Source of the DNA: Patescibacteria group bacterium
GTDB lineage: Bacteria; Patescibacteriota; Doudnabacteria; UBA920
DNA: 58,698 bases
Direction: 5' to 3'
NCBI GenBank assembly: GCA_023484515.1
Contig: JAMDAY010000004.1
Location: 1 to 58,698, forward strand
The stretch's first letter is position 1. Every line of letters starts with the position of its first letter. Shown here in pieces: positions 29,276 through 39,361 of the stretch. Made by a program: the position numbers and the translations under genes. The notes under the pieces were generated by a model, which saw only the letters and a program-made list of their open reading frames with translations, was not told the origin of the DNA and ran no database searches.

Positions 29276-29333
29276 CATTTTTAATATTCAGCCTTTCTTT
29301 GCTCCAAAAATTGCTTTCTGTTTATATAAAACT

Positions 29334-30224
29334 ATGCCAATACCAGTTCAAAAGGATATACTTCTTCCATTTCTTCAAATGATTAAAGACGGCGAAGAAC
29401 ATCACATAAATGAGGTGATTGATTCATTGGCATCTAATTTCAAACTAACTGAAGAAGAAGAAAAACAGCAATACCCGAGTGGTAATGATAATATTTTTCA
29501 TAATAGGGTGCGCTTCGCGCGTGCTTATCTTTTACGTGCAAATTTATTGGAAAGCCCAAAACGAGGTTATATAAAAATATCTGAGTCAGGACTCAAAGCC
29601 CTACAATCTGGTTCGTTTAAATTTAATACCAACATTTCCAAACAATCTCGCAACCAATCATTACTCGGTCCCAACAAAAAAGGAGAAGCTAACGGAATAG
29701 ATATTCAAAATCCATTCGACTTACTGGAGGATGGCTACCAAACTATTCGCCGGAGTTTATCTCAAGAAATAATAGAATACGTCAAAAAGTGCTCACCCCG
29801 ATTCTTTGAAAAGCTTGTTGTAGAGCTTTTATTAAAAATGGGGTATGGCGGATTTTCCGCTGATGCTGGAAAAGTTATAGGCCAAAGCGGAGATGGTGGA
29901 ATAGATGGAATTATTAAAGAAGATAAGCTTGGCTTGGACGTAATCTATATCCAAGCAAAAAGATGGGAAAATCCGCTAGGAGAGCCCGTCATAAGGGATT
30001 TTGTTGGAAGCCTGGTACGAAATCATGCTAATAAAGGTGTCATTATAACCCCATCGTATTTTACTCGCGAAGCAAAAGAGTATGTCAAGAATATTCCCCA
30101 TAGAGTCATCCTGATTGACGGAGAATCATTAGCTCATTATATGATTGATAGTGATATAGGGGTGTCAAAAATTGTAAGCTATGACGTAAAAAAAATTGAC
30201 TTGGATTATTTTTTTGAAGAATAA
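29334..30224 (+). CDS. mrr: Mrr-family (type IV) restriction endonuclease
   Basis: N-terminal wHTH (NRVRFARAYL); FFEKLVVELL, GDGGIDG, IQAKRW. Confidence 0.92.
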   Translation: MPIPVQKDILLPFLQMIKDGEEHHINEVIDSLASNFKLTEEEEKQQYPSGNDNIFHNRVRFARAYLLRANLLESPKRGYIKISESGLKALQSGSFKFNTNISKQSRNQSLLGPNKKGEANGIDIQNPFDLLEDGYQTIRRSLSQEIIEYVKKCSPRFFEKLVVELLLKMGYGGFSADAGKVIGQSGDGGIDGIIKEDKLGLDVIYIQAKRWENPLGEPVIRDFVGSLVRNHANKGVIITPSYFTREAKEYVKNIPHRVILIDGESLAHYMIDSDIGVSKIVSYDVKKIDLDYFFEE

Positions 30225-30492
30225 CAGGTTCACCAACAAAAATCTTAGAATAATTTAGAAAACTTTACCAAGCGTCTGAATTTACATAACCACATCATCT
30301 CCTTAATATTCCTTAGCATTGCATATTGGATATTTTTTCAAAAAAGTTACCCACAATTGACCCATGCTCTTCCCCTGAAAATCCCTTTTGCATAACTGAG
30401 CTGTTGCAAAATATAAAACATGCTATAATAAAAGCAAATTATTATCGGCAAGAAATCACAAATTTAAAACGCAAATTCGAAAATCCGGAACA

Positions 30493-30630
30493 ATGGCCAA
30501 AATAGCCAAAATAACGCCTGGAACTCCGGATTATGCCTTTGCTTTTTGGATTTTATTCTTGCTCCATCCTGTCGCAATATCCATACTTGTTGTAGCGCGC
30601 CCGTTTATGGGCTCAAATAGCAGCCAATAG
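30493..30630 (+). CDS. Putative 45-aa upstream ORF in the glutamine synthetase leader
   Basis: My translation: MAKIAKITPGTPDYAFAFWILFLLHPVAISILVVARPFMGSNSSQ*. Downstream of TGCTATAAT at 30421-30429. Confidence 0.4.
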   Translation: MAKIAKITPGTPDYAFAFWILFLLHPVAISILVVARPFMGSNSSQ

Positions 30631-30704
30631 GCTTGTCCCGGCCGCAGAGCCGGGATCGGGGCACGCTGCACCGCGGATATGTTGATGGGTAAGGAGTTTT
30701 CTTT

Positions 30705-31796
30705 ATGGCCAACAAAATTATGGCCGAATACATTTGGATGGACGGGAAAAAACCGACCGCCAAGCTGCGCTCCAAAACCAAGATTATTAATGCAGCCGCA
30801 ATCCGCAGCGCTGACGACTTGCCCATGTGGGGCTTTGACGGCTCTTCCACGGAACAGGCCGAAGGCCACTTTAGCGACTGCCAGCTCAAACCGGTTTACT
30901 ATATCCCCGACCCCATCCGCGGCGAGCCTAATGTTTTGGTAATGTGCGAAGTGCTCAACGCGGACGGCAGCCCGCATTCCACCAACACGCGCGCCGCTTT
31001 AAGACAAGCGGCCGAAAAATACGCCAAGCACGAGCCATGGTTCGGCATAGAACAGGAATATACTTTATACCGCAAAGACTGGCCGCTTGGCTGGCCGCAG
31101 CACGGCTTTCCCCATCCGCAAGGGAGATATTATTGCGGAGTCGGATGCGACGAAGTTTACGGCCGCAAGCTGGTGGAAGCGCATTTGCGGGACTGCTTGA
31201 AAGCGGGATTAATGATAAGCGGCATTAACGCCGAAGTCATGCCCGGGCAATGGGAATTCCAGGTCGGCCCGCTGCCGCCTTTGGAGGCGGCCGACCAGTT
31301 ATGGCTGGCAAGGTGGATATTATACCGGCACGGCGAAGATTTTGAAGTTTACGCCAAACTGGACCCAAAGCCCATGGCCGGAGACTGGAACGGGGCCGGA
31401 GGACACACTAATTTTTCCACCAAAGAGATGCGGCAGGAAGGCGGCCTGGAAATTGTCAAACAAACTTGCGAAAAACTGGGCAAATTCCATATGCAGCATA
31501 TGCAAGTCTACGGCGCGGATAACGACAAAAGATTAACCGGCAAGCACGAAACTTCCACTATTTACGATTTCCGTTACGGTGTTTCCGACCGCGGCGCCTC
31601 GGTCCGCATCCCCATGGCCACGTCCCTGGCAGGCAAGGGATATTTGGAAGACCGGCGCCCGGCGGCTAACCTTGATCCCTACCAGGTATTCACCGCCTTG
31701 CTCGAAACCTCCTGCGGCCAAGGTTTTAACCCAATAGATTATGGCTGGCAGGCCGACATGTACGTAACGCCGGTTCGGGAAAAAGTTACAGCCTAG
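30705..31796 (+). CDS. glnII: Glutamine synthetase, type II (GSII-like)
   Basis: 363 aa; AEYIWMDG, LRSKTK, WGFDGSSTEQAEG, NAEVMPGQWEFQVGP, DWNGAG, YLEDRRPAAN. Confidence 0.93.
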   Translation: MANKIMAEYIWMDGKKPTAKLRSKTKIINAAAIRSADDLPMWGFDGSSTEQAEGHFSDCQLKPVYYIPDPIRGEPNVLVMCEVLNADGSPHSTNTRAALRQAAEKYAKHEPWFGIEQEYTLYRKDWPLGWPQHGFPHPQGRYYCGVGCDEVYGRKLVEAHLRDCLKAGLMISGINAEVMPGQWEFQVGPLPPLEAADQLWLARWILYRHGEDFEVYAKLDPKPMAGDWNGAGGHTNFSTKEMRQEGGLEIVKQTCEKLGKFHMQHMQVYGADNDKRLTGKHETSTIYDFRYGVSDRGASVRIPMATSLAGKGYLEDRRPAANLDPYQVFTALLETSCGQGFNPIDYGWQADMYVTPVREKVTA

Positions 31797-31839
31797 CACC
31801 CGCTGATTTGTTGCGGATTAATACGCTGATAAAACGCTG

Positions 31840-31867
31840 AAAGGGCCAACCGCCGGTTGGCCCTTTT
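31840..31867. terminator. Bidirectional terminator between glnII and ppsA
   Basis: aaagggccaacc-gcc-ggttggcccttt. Confidence 0.8.
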
Positions 31868-31926
31868 AAATTTTAGCTTTTGGGTTGTTGCAGATCCACT
31901 CTTAAATAAACTTGCTATATCGAATT

Positions 31927-34449
31927 TTACTTTCCCATCTTCTCTTCCGCTTCCTTAATCTTCAGCGTGGCCTTTAATACGGTATCGGGGTTTAAGGAAA
32001 TGGAATCTATGCCTTCGCGCACCAGGAATTCGGCAAAGTCCGGGAAGTCCGAAGGGCCTTGCCCGCAAATTCCTACTTTTAAGCCTATCTTATGCGCGCG
32101 GGAAATTAGGTCTTTTATTAATTTCTTGACCGCTTCGTTCTTTTCGTTGCCTACATGGGCTACAATTTTGCTGTCGCGGTCCAGGCCCAACGTGCACTGG
32201 GTCAAGTCGTTGGAACCGATGGAAAACCCGTCAAACAAGGCGCCGAATTCTTCCACCAACAAAATATTGGAAGGAATTTCCGCCATAACCCAGACTTCCA
32301 ACTCCGGCCGCAAATCATGACTGGCCAATTCGCGGGTCTTAATATGCTTATGCGGCAAGCCATTCTTGGCCATCACTTCCAAAACTTTCTTGCCTTCCTC
32401 CGGCGTGCGGCAGAACGGGATCATGGTCTTTAAATTCCACAAACCCATTTCTTCGCGGACTTTTTTCACCGCCTGGCACTCCAGGGCGAACGCCTGCTCA
32501 AAATTCGGGTCATAATACCTGGAAGCGCCGCGCCAGCCGAGCATGGGATTTTCCTCTTCCGGCTCATACAGTTTTCCGCCGATTAAATTGGCGTATTCAT
32601 TGGTCTTGAAATCGCTGAACCTTAAAATGACTTCGTGCGGATAATAGGCCGCAGCCAAAATGCCAATGCCATAAGCCAGCTTGTGCACGTAAAAATCCAG
32701 CTTGCTTTGGTAACCCGCTGTTAATTCGTCTATCTGCTCTTTTAATTTCGCGTCCGCCAGTTTGTCGTAATTAATAAGCGCGTTAGGATGGATTTTAATA
32801 AAATTGGAAATAATAAATTCTTCGCGCGCCAAGCCTACGCCCTTGTTGGGGATAAACGAATAACCGAATACCAATTCCGGGTCGGCCACGATCATTTTAA
32901 TTTCCGTTTGGGGCGGCTTAAACCCGGTTAGGTCGTGTTTTTGCACTTCAAATTTCAGCAAGTCTTCGTAAACCTTGCCTTGCTCCCCTTCGGCGCAGCA
33001 AACCGTAACCGGCCGGCCGGTTTGGACGGCTTCCGTGGCGTTGCCGCAGCCTACCACCGCCGGGATGCCCAGTTCGCGGCTGACTATGGCCGCGTGAGAA
33101 GTCCGCCCGCCGCTGTTCGTGACTATGGCGCTGGCCATTTTCATAATCGGCTCCCAGTCCGGGTCCGTAATTTCCGTGACCAGCACTTCGCCCGGCTTGA
33201 ATTCGCTAATCTGGCCGGCATCCTTAATAAAATGCGCCATACCCTGGCCGATTTTGGCGCCCACTGCCGCGCCGCGGCATAATACTTTGCCCTTTTCCAG
33301 CATTACATATTCTTCCAAAATTTGACCGCCTTTTCTGGCCTGCACGGTTTCCGGCCTGGCCTGCACTATGAACAGTTCCCCGGTAAAGCCGTCAAAAGCC
33401 CATTCAATGTCCATAGGCCTGCCGTAATGTTCTTCTATAATGGCTCCCCAGCGCGAAAGTTGCAAAATCTGTTCATCGCTTAAAACAAACCTGTCGCGGT
33501 CTTCTTCCGTAACCGGGACTTCCTTGGTCGGACTGACTCCTTCGCCAGCGTAAATTAGTTTTTTCTCCTTGCTGCCCAATTTCTTTTCTATGATAGATTT
33601 AAAGCCCTTGGCCAGGGTCGGCTTGAACACCATGTATTCGTCCGGCGTGACCACTCCTTTGACCACGAATTCCCCCAGCCCCCACGACGCGTTAATTAAC
33701 ACCACGTTCCGGAAACCGCTTTCAGTGTCCAGGGTAAACATTACCCCGCTGGCGCCGCGGTCGCTGCGCACCATTTTTTGCACGGCCACGGACAGGGCAA
33801 TTTTAAAGTGGTCAAAATTGCGGTCCACGCGGTAGGAAATGGCGCGGTTGGTGAACAGGGAAGAAATGCATTTTTTTATGGCCTCCAAGAGCTCATAATG
33901 GCCTTTTATGTTCAGATACGATTCCTGCTGTCCCGCAAACGACGCGTCCGGCAAATCTTCCGCAGTCGCGGAAGACCTTACTGCCACGTCCAACTGTGAC
34001 TTGTCCAGTTTTAATTTTTCCGCCAGCCGGTCGTAAGCTTCCTTAATCTCTTTTTCCAAGTCCTCGGGAAAAGCCGCAGCCAAAATTTCGTGTCGCACCT
34101 GCTGCCCTTTGGCTTCCAGTTGCGGAATGTTTCCCGTATCCAGCCCTTCCAAAATTTCCCTGATTTTCTCTTCCAAGCCGCTGGCCTGGATAAAGTGCCG
34201 GTAAGCCGCCGCAGTCACGGCAAAACCGAAAGGCACGCAAATTTTCTCTCCCGGAAAAGCCTTGCTTTCTGTCTGCGCCAAATTCTGGTACATTTCCCCC
34301 AAATTGGCGTTCTTGCCTCCCACCAAAGGGATGTCTTCCTTGCCGATTTCGTCAAACCATAAAATATGGGCGCTTGCCCTGGCCGAATCTTTTTGAGCCG
34401 CTTCCTCCCTGGCCTTGCCTTTGGCCTTGGTCTTAAATAGATTGAACAT
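31927..34449 (-). CDS. ppsA: Phosphoenolpyruvate synthase
   Basis: VGGKNANLGEM, VRSSATAED, GGRTSHAA (phospho-His), FSIGSNDLTQ. Confidence 0.97.
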   Translation of the reverse strand: MFNLFKTKAKGKAREEAAQKDSARASAHILWFDEIGKEDIPLVGGKNANLGEMYQNLAQTESKAFPGEKICVPFGFAVTAAAYRHFIQASGLEEKIREILEGLDTGNIPQLEAKGQQVRHEILAAAFPEDLEKEIKEAYDRLAEKLKLDKSQLDVAVRSSATAEDLPDASFAGQQESYLNIKGHYELLEAIKKCISSLFTNRAISYRVDRNFDHFKIALSVAVQKMVRSDRGASGVMFTLDTESGFRNVVLINASWGLGEFVVKGVVTPDEYMVFKPTLAKGFKSIIEKKLGSKEKKLIYAGEGVSPTKEVPVTEEDRDRFVLSDEQILQLSRWGAIIEEHYGRPMDIEWAFDGFTGELFIVQARPETVQARKGGQILEEYVMLEKGKVLCRGAAVGAKIGQGMAHFIKDAGQISEFKPGEVLVTEITDPDWEPIMKMASAIVTNSGGRTSHAAIVSRELGIPAVVGCGNATEAVQTGRPVTVCCAEGEQGKVYEDLLKFEVQKHDLTGFKPPQTEIKMIVADPELVFGYSFIPNKGVGLAREEFIISNFIKIHPNALINYDKLADAKLKEQIDELTAGYQSKLDFYVHKLAYGIGILAAAYYPHEVILRFSDFKTNEYANLIGGKLYEPEEENPMLGWRGASRYYDPNFEQAFALECQAVKKVREEMGLWNLKTMIPFCRTPEEGKKVLEVMAKNGLPHKHIKTRELASHDLRPELEVWVMAEIPSNILLVEEFGALFDGFSIGSNDLTQCTLGLDRDSKIVAHVGNEKNEAVKKLIKDLISRAHKIGLKVGICGQGPSDFPDFAEFLVREGIDSISLNPDTVLKATLKIKEAEEKMGK

Positions 34450-34638
34450 AAGTTTGTTTCTAAAGGTTAGTTTTCCTTAAATTTATTATAGCGAAAACCC
34501 GCAAGAAATACAAAAATTAATAATTTTTATAGCTAGTAATAAAACCATAAACAAAAGGCGGATATTATCCGCCCCTACATCCGTGTGTTCGTGATTGTTT
34601 GTATTTGCGTTCGTGTAAGTTGGCTTTTAATCAACATC

Positions 34639-36042
34639 CTATGCCGTTTTAATTTCCACCAAATTCAAATTCTCCTTCAGCCCCAGCGGTTCGCCGGTCA
34701 CAATGACCAATTTTTCGCCTTTTTTTATCATTTTGTGCGATTTGGCCGTTTCTATCATCAAAGATAAAAGTTTTTCGTAAGTCTTAACCATTGGCACCAA
34801 AAAGCTCTGTACGCCCCACAGCAAACACATTTGCCTATGGACTTTCTCGCGCGGCGTGAGCATGACAATGTGCGACATAATGGGCCGCTCATGCGCCACT
34901 TCCCTGGCCGTAAAGCCGCTGTCCGTGGCGCCAATAATCAGGCGAGCATGCGTGTTGGTCGCCAGGTCGTTAATGCTTTCCGCAATGGCCTCGGACCGGG
35001 AAACCGCTTTTTCCAGCAAATGCTTATGCCCGGGCAAAAACGCGCTTTTTTCCGTGACTTCAATAATCCGGCACATCTGTTGCACGGCTTTTACGGGATA
35101 ACGGCCGAAAGCGGTTTCGCCGGAAAGCATTACGCAGTCCGTCTGGTCAATGACCGCATTGGCCACGTCGCTGACTTCGGCGCGGGTCGGCCTGGGGTTG
35201 CGGATCATGCTGTCCAGCATCTGCGTGGCCACAATTACCGGCTTGGCGGCCTTTAAGCATTTTTGGATGATGGTTTTTTGGATAATCGGCACCTGTGCTT
35301 CCGGCATTTCCACGCCCAAATCCCCCCTGGCCACCATAATGGCGTCGGACTGCTTAAGGATTTCATCAAAGTTTTTTACGGCTTCCGGCTTTTCTATTTT
35401 GGAAATTATTTTCGGCTTTTCCATGCCCTTGGGCGTGTATTTATCTATCAATACTTTAAGATTTTTTACGTCCCTGGCCGTGCGCACGAACGACAGGGCA
35501 ATGTAATCCACGTCCTGCTTTAAGCCGAACTTTAAGTCTTTAATGTCCCTGTCGGTCAAAATGGGAATTTTCAGGCGGGTGCGCGGCAGGTTCACGCCTT
35601 TTTTGTCCTGGATCCTGCCGGGGGAAAGCACCGCGCAGTAAACTTTTTTCCCCGAAACTTTTTGCACTTCCATCTCTATCAGCCCGTCTTCTATTAAGAT
35701 GCGCTGCTTTTCCCTGATGCTGCGCACCACTTCGGCGTCCAAATTGAAGTCCTCGCCAATTATCACTGTCTGGCCGACTTTTACGTCCAAAGGTTTTTTC
35801 AAGTCTTTTACTCTTATTTTCGGCCCGTGCAGGTCCTGGATAATGGCTATGGGAACTTTCAGGCTTTCCGAAACCGCCCTGACGTTTTTAATCAGTTTTT
35901 CGTGGCTCTCATAATCCCCGTGGCTGAAATTCAAACGAGCCACGTTCATGCCGGCCTTGGCCATTTCCGTTAAAATTTTAGATGACCGCGAAGCAGGCCC
36001 CAGCGTGCAGACAATCTTGGTTTTTTTAAAGTTGTTTTTCAT
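34639..36042 (-). CDS. pyk: Pyruvate kinase
   Basis: TKIVCTLGP, RLNFSHG, MVARGDLGVE, ATQMLDSM, MLSGETA. Confidence 0.97.
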   Translation of the reverse strand: MKNNFKKTKIVCTLGPASRSSKILTEMAKAGMNVARLNFSHGDYESHEKLIKNVRAVSESLKVPIAIIQDLHGPKIRVKDLKKPLDVKVGQTVIIGEDFNLDAEVVRSIREKQRILIEDGLIEMEVQKVSGKKVYCAVLSPGRIQDKKGVNLPRTRLKIPILTDRDIKDLKFGLKQDVDYIALSFVRTARDVKNLKVLIDKYTPKGMEKPKIISKIEKPEAVKNFDEILKQSDAIMVARGDLGVEMPEAQVPIIQKTIIQKCLKAAKPVIVATQMLDSMIRNPRPTRAEVSDVANAVIDQTDCVMLSGETAFGRYPVKAVQQMCRIIEVTEKSAFLPGHKHLLEKAVSRSEAIAESINDLATNTHARLIIGATDSGFTAREVAHERPIMSHIVMLTPREKVHRQMCLLWGVQSFLVPMVKTYEKLLSLMIETAKSHKMIKKGEKLVIVTGEPLGLKENLNLVEIKTA

Positions 36043-36046
36043 AAAG

Positions 36047-36325
36047 CTAATTCTTACTGACATACACGAACCCCTCGTTCCAGGCATGCTGCAATACCAC
36101 CCCCAAACCAAAGCCGCTAAGCAAAAAATTGGCTTCCATATTGTAAAATCGCAAACATGCCAGCCAGGCTGCGGGCCCGAACAAGCTGTGGTGAAAATGA
36201 TAGCGCCTAATTTTGGAAAATCTTTTCAAAGAAAACCAACGGCAGGTTATTAGTTCCCACAGCGCCGCGAATGTAAACCCTCCTGCAGTTCCTGGTAAAA
36301 ATCTCGCCAGTAAAGCATGACCCAT
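36047..36325 (-). CDS. Small membrane protein
   Basis: Three hydrophobic segments and an HFHH motif; co-oriented and adjacent to pyk. Confidence 0.6.
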   Translation of the reverse strand: MGHALLARFLPGTAGGFTFAALWELITCRWFSLKRFSKIRRYHFHHSLFGPAAWLACLRFYNMEANFLLSGFGLGVVLQHAWNEGFVYVSKN

Positions 36326-36465
36326 ATTGCTTGTATCTTAGCAAATTTTACCGGCAAGGACAACTCCGTTCTTAATTTTCTATTTTTCCGCCTCTTGATT
36401 ATTACATAAAAGCCGATCCATGCCTGTCCGGCAGACAGGCTCTTCTGGCGGAAAATCCTTAAATT

Positions 36466-37779
36466 TTAGTTGGATACCACAAACACCCTTTTGTCCTTCC
36501 TGGCCATTAAGGGCAGGGACAGCCACCCCGCTTTAATGAGCGCGATGTCGGTAGAGTTGGCGCTTTCCAATTGTTCCTTTTTTCCGCCATTGGATAAAAA
36601 AATGGGCCAGGTAGAAACGGGGATAAAACCTTTGGCGTCCGTAAAATACACGGTCTTGCCGTAAAGAATCCAGCTTCCGGCCTGGTGGGGCATGGCCAGC
36701 GAAGACAAGCCGGCCGGCAGTTTGTCCCCTAAGGAAACGTTTATGCTTAAGGATTGCGGCGTTTGGCTGGCCACCGCAATCACGTCGCCGGTCAGAGGGT
36801 CGGTAAAGCCGCTTCCGACAGGCACGACGGGATTTACTTTGTCCCCCGATGCCAAGGGATTAACCAAGTAAGATTTAAAAGACTTGTCAGGAGCCAAATG
36901 CACCAAAGCTCCTTGGAAAAGGTTATTGCTGACGCTTGCAAGGTTCCTGTCAAAACCCAACGGCTGGCGGTATTCCAAATAATAATACTGGTTGTAAGCC
37001 CGCCTGATTTTTAAAACCTTGGGGCCGCTGCCGGGAACTTCCAAGGGCTCAAGATTATAAACCCCGCTTTGCGTTACAGTCGCAATATTTGACGTGTCCA
37101 GCCAGCCCATGGCTTCCATTTGGACGCCGTTAAAATAAACCATATTTGCGTTTGCATTGCCCATTACGCCGTAACCGTCTCCGTATTCCTCCACTGTGCA
37201 GCTATTTTCTATGTCCAAGCTGTTTTGGCAATTATAAAAACTGGCATGCAATAAACCCAAAAGATGCCCTATTTCGTGGGCCAGAGTCACCAAATAATTG
37301 GAGTTTAAGGAATCTATGCCAATAAGATCATTGCCCAGCAAGGCATAGCCGATCCAGCCGCAACGGGCGGAATTGAACGGAGCGATGACTATGGTTTTTA
37401 TTTCGCTGTTTTCCGAGTAGGAATAATCCGAGGAAGCGGCTTTTTTGGCCGCCGCAGCTACTGTGGGCAGATCGCAAGTTTGGCTAAGCGGCAGCGTGAA
37501 CGGCCCGAAGACCTTGCCGGATAAATTTACGTTATTAAACGAAGTTTCCTGGTAAAAGGTATTTACGGAATTCGGGCTTGCAAACAACTGGTTATAAATT
37601 GTTTCCTTAGTCCAAGGCAAATATCTGGCGCCGGAAAAATTCGCCATAATTACGTTTATATACAACGTCTTCGGTGAATCCGCACTGACCGAAGCCGGCG
37701 GAAAAATAAAATAAAAAAACAGTCCCCAAACCACCATGGCCGCCGCGAGAACTGTGAGCACTTTTTTTAAAACTCTCAT
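36466..37779 (-). CDS. Secreted metzincin metallopeptidase (M11/M6-like)
   Basis: HEIGHLLGLLH zinc motif, EYGD..VMG Met-turn, YYYLEYRQ; C-terminal surface module. Confidence 0.88.
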   Translation of the reverse strand: MRVLKKVLTVLAAAMVVWGLFFYFIFPPASVSADSPKTLYINVIMANFSGARYLPWTKETIYNQLFASPNSVNTFYQETSFNNVNLSGKVFGPFTLPLSQTCDLPTVAAAAKKAASSDYSYSENSEIKTIVIAPFNSARCGWIGYALLGNDLIGIDSLNSNYLVTLAHEIGHLLGLLHASFYNCQNSLDIENSCTVEEYGDGYGVMGNANANMVYFNGVQMEAMGWLDTSNIATVTQSGVYNLEPLEVPGSGPKVLKIRRAYNQYYYLEYRQPLGFDRNLASVSNNLFQGALVHLAPDKSFKSYLVNPLASGDKVNPVVPVGSGFTDPLTGDVIAVASQTPQSLSINVSLGDKLPAGLSSLAMPHQAGSWILYGKTVYFTDAKGFIPVSTWPIFLSNGGKKEQLESANSTDIALIKAGWLSLPLMARKDKRVFVVSN

Positions 37780-37879
37780 AGGGAAGTTGCCTTCCCCCAA
37801 TTTTCCCCCGCTTAATCCTTAGTGAGCTATTAACCTGACGCAAGGATGTTTTTTTCCTTAGGATCCATGCCGGAAAAAA

Positions 37880-39235
37880 TTAAAACAATCCCATCTGTTT
37901 CGGTTTTTTAAAAATCCGGCTTTGTTCCTCTTGGTTGTAAATATGGATTTTCCCGAACACCCCGTCGTAACCGCCTTCCGCGCGGACCAACCCCTGCCGC
38001 ACGCGGATTACGGCTTGGGCAATCTCCGGCGTGGAGATTCGGGTAATTTGATCTTCATTGAAATCCAGCAGTATTACGAATTCATTGGGAATTGGAAATT
38101 GGGAATTGGGAATTTTTGACGACACCATCTCCTCATACATTTTTACCACCTTCTTGCTTGCCGGGCCGACGCCTAAAGTTTCGGCAATAATTTCTTCCAG
38201 AGGGATTATGCTCTTAAACGGCACGGATCGCGGCGGCACAAACCCATATTCGCGGTCTGCCAGCTGGTCCACGCGGTTTAGCACGCCAACCAGCAATTTT
38301 TTTCCGCACACCGGACATATTCCCCCCAATTTCGCGGTTTGCGCAGGCAGGCAGGAAAATTTGCAGTCGCGGTGCCCGTCCAAATGATACTTGCCTTCTT
38401 CCGGATAAAATTCAATGGTATACAAAAACTCTTTGGGGTCCTTATTCTTTATAATGCGGATTATTTCCTGGTAAGACAACTTGCCGGGATCAATTTCAAA
38501 CGCGTTGGCTTCGCGCCCCAGCTTCCTTAACGAATGGGCGTCGGAATTGGAAATGAGTGAATATTTGTCCAGGCCGGAAACCTGCCAGTTCATTTTTGGG
38601 TCGCTGGACAAGCCGGTTTCCAAGGCAAAGATATATTTTGCTTGCCCGCCAAACGCTTCTTCCACGGAATCAAATCCGGATAACGACCCGAACACCCCAA
38701 AATGCGGCGTCCAGGCATGGGCGGGAATGACCGCAATACTCGGATCAGCCTCCAGCGCGATTTTTACTATTTCATCGCAATGGATGCCGGTAATGGGCCG
38801 GCCGTCGGCTTTTAAGTTCGCGCCGCGTTTTTCCAAGCCCGCATTGAACCGGTCAACTGCTTCAAAGTTCGGAGCAAGGACCAGCAAATGAATGCGCCTG
38901 ACTTTGTCGCCTTGCTTGTATATGGAGGAAACTTCCACGGTAAGCATAAACAAGGCCTGCGGCTTACCTGTAGAGGAGGGTTTCACTCCTCCTTTCCCGC
39001 CGGACGGGTCTAGGCCCGTCCCGACGCCGGCCGATCGTAACTGATATAATCCCGGTCTTACTTCTTCCAGCGTTGATTTTAATTCCGCAAGCCACTTGGG
39101 ATGGGTAAAATCCCCGGTGCCGATTATATTTATCCCTTTCTTGTCCGCCCAAACCCCGATATTTTGCGGGTTTAAGTCTTGGGAGCAAGCCCTGCTGTAT
39201 TTGGAATGGATGTGCAAATCTGCAATAATGCGCAT
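37880..39235 (-). CDS. PHP-domain protein (endonuclease Q / UvrD-associated family) with two repeat-derived insertions
   Basis: ADLHIHSKYSRA, GTGDFTHP, PAHAWTP, ETGLSSDP, SNSDAHS, CPVCG. Confidence 0.9.
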   Translation of the reverse strand: MRIIADLHIHSKYSRACSQDLNPQNIGVWADKKGINIIGTGDFTHPKWLAELKSTLEEVRPGLYQLRSAGVGTGLDPSGGKGGVKPSSTGKPQALFMLTVEVSSIYKQGDKVRRIHLLVLAPNFEAVDRFNAGLEKRGANLKADGRPITGIHCDEIVKIALEADPSIAVIPAHAWTPHFGVFGSLSGFDSVEEAFGGQAKYIFALETGLSSDPKMNWQVSGLDKYSLISNSDAHSLRKLGREANAFEIDPGKLSYQEIIRIIKNKDPKEFLYTIEFYPEEGKYHLDGHRDCKFSCLPAQTAKLGGICPVCGKKLLVGVLNRVDQLADREYGFVPPRSVPFKSIIPLEEIIAETLGVGPASKKVVKMYEEMVSSKIPNSQFPIPNEFVILLDFNEDQITRISTPEIAQAVIRVRQGLVRAEGGYDGVFGKIHIYNQEEQSRIFKKPKQMGLF

Positions 39236-39361
39236 AAATAAAATTGAAAGATTGAAAATTAAATAATTGAAAATTTCAAGGAATCCTTAATCTTTCAACA
39301 ATTCAATTTTCAATTTTTAATTATTAAATTACTACTATTATACCATCTTTTGCTGTATAAT

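Noticed and set aside
29208-29333. N-terminal extension of Mrr
   Set aside because: Overlaps the tRNA; ATG 29334 is the plausible start.
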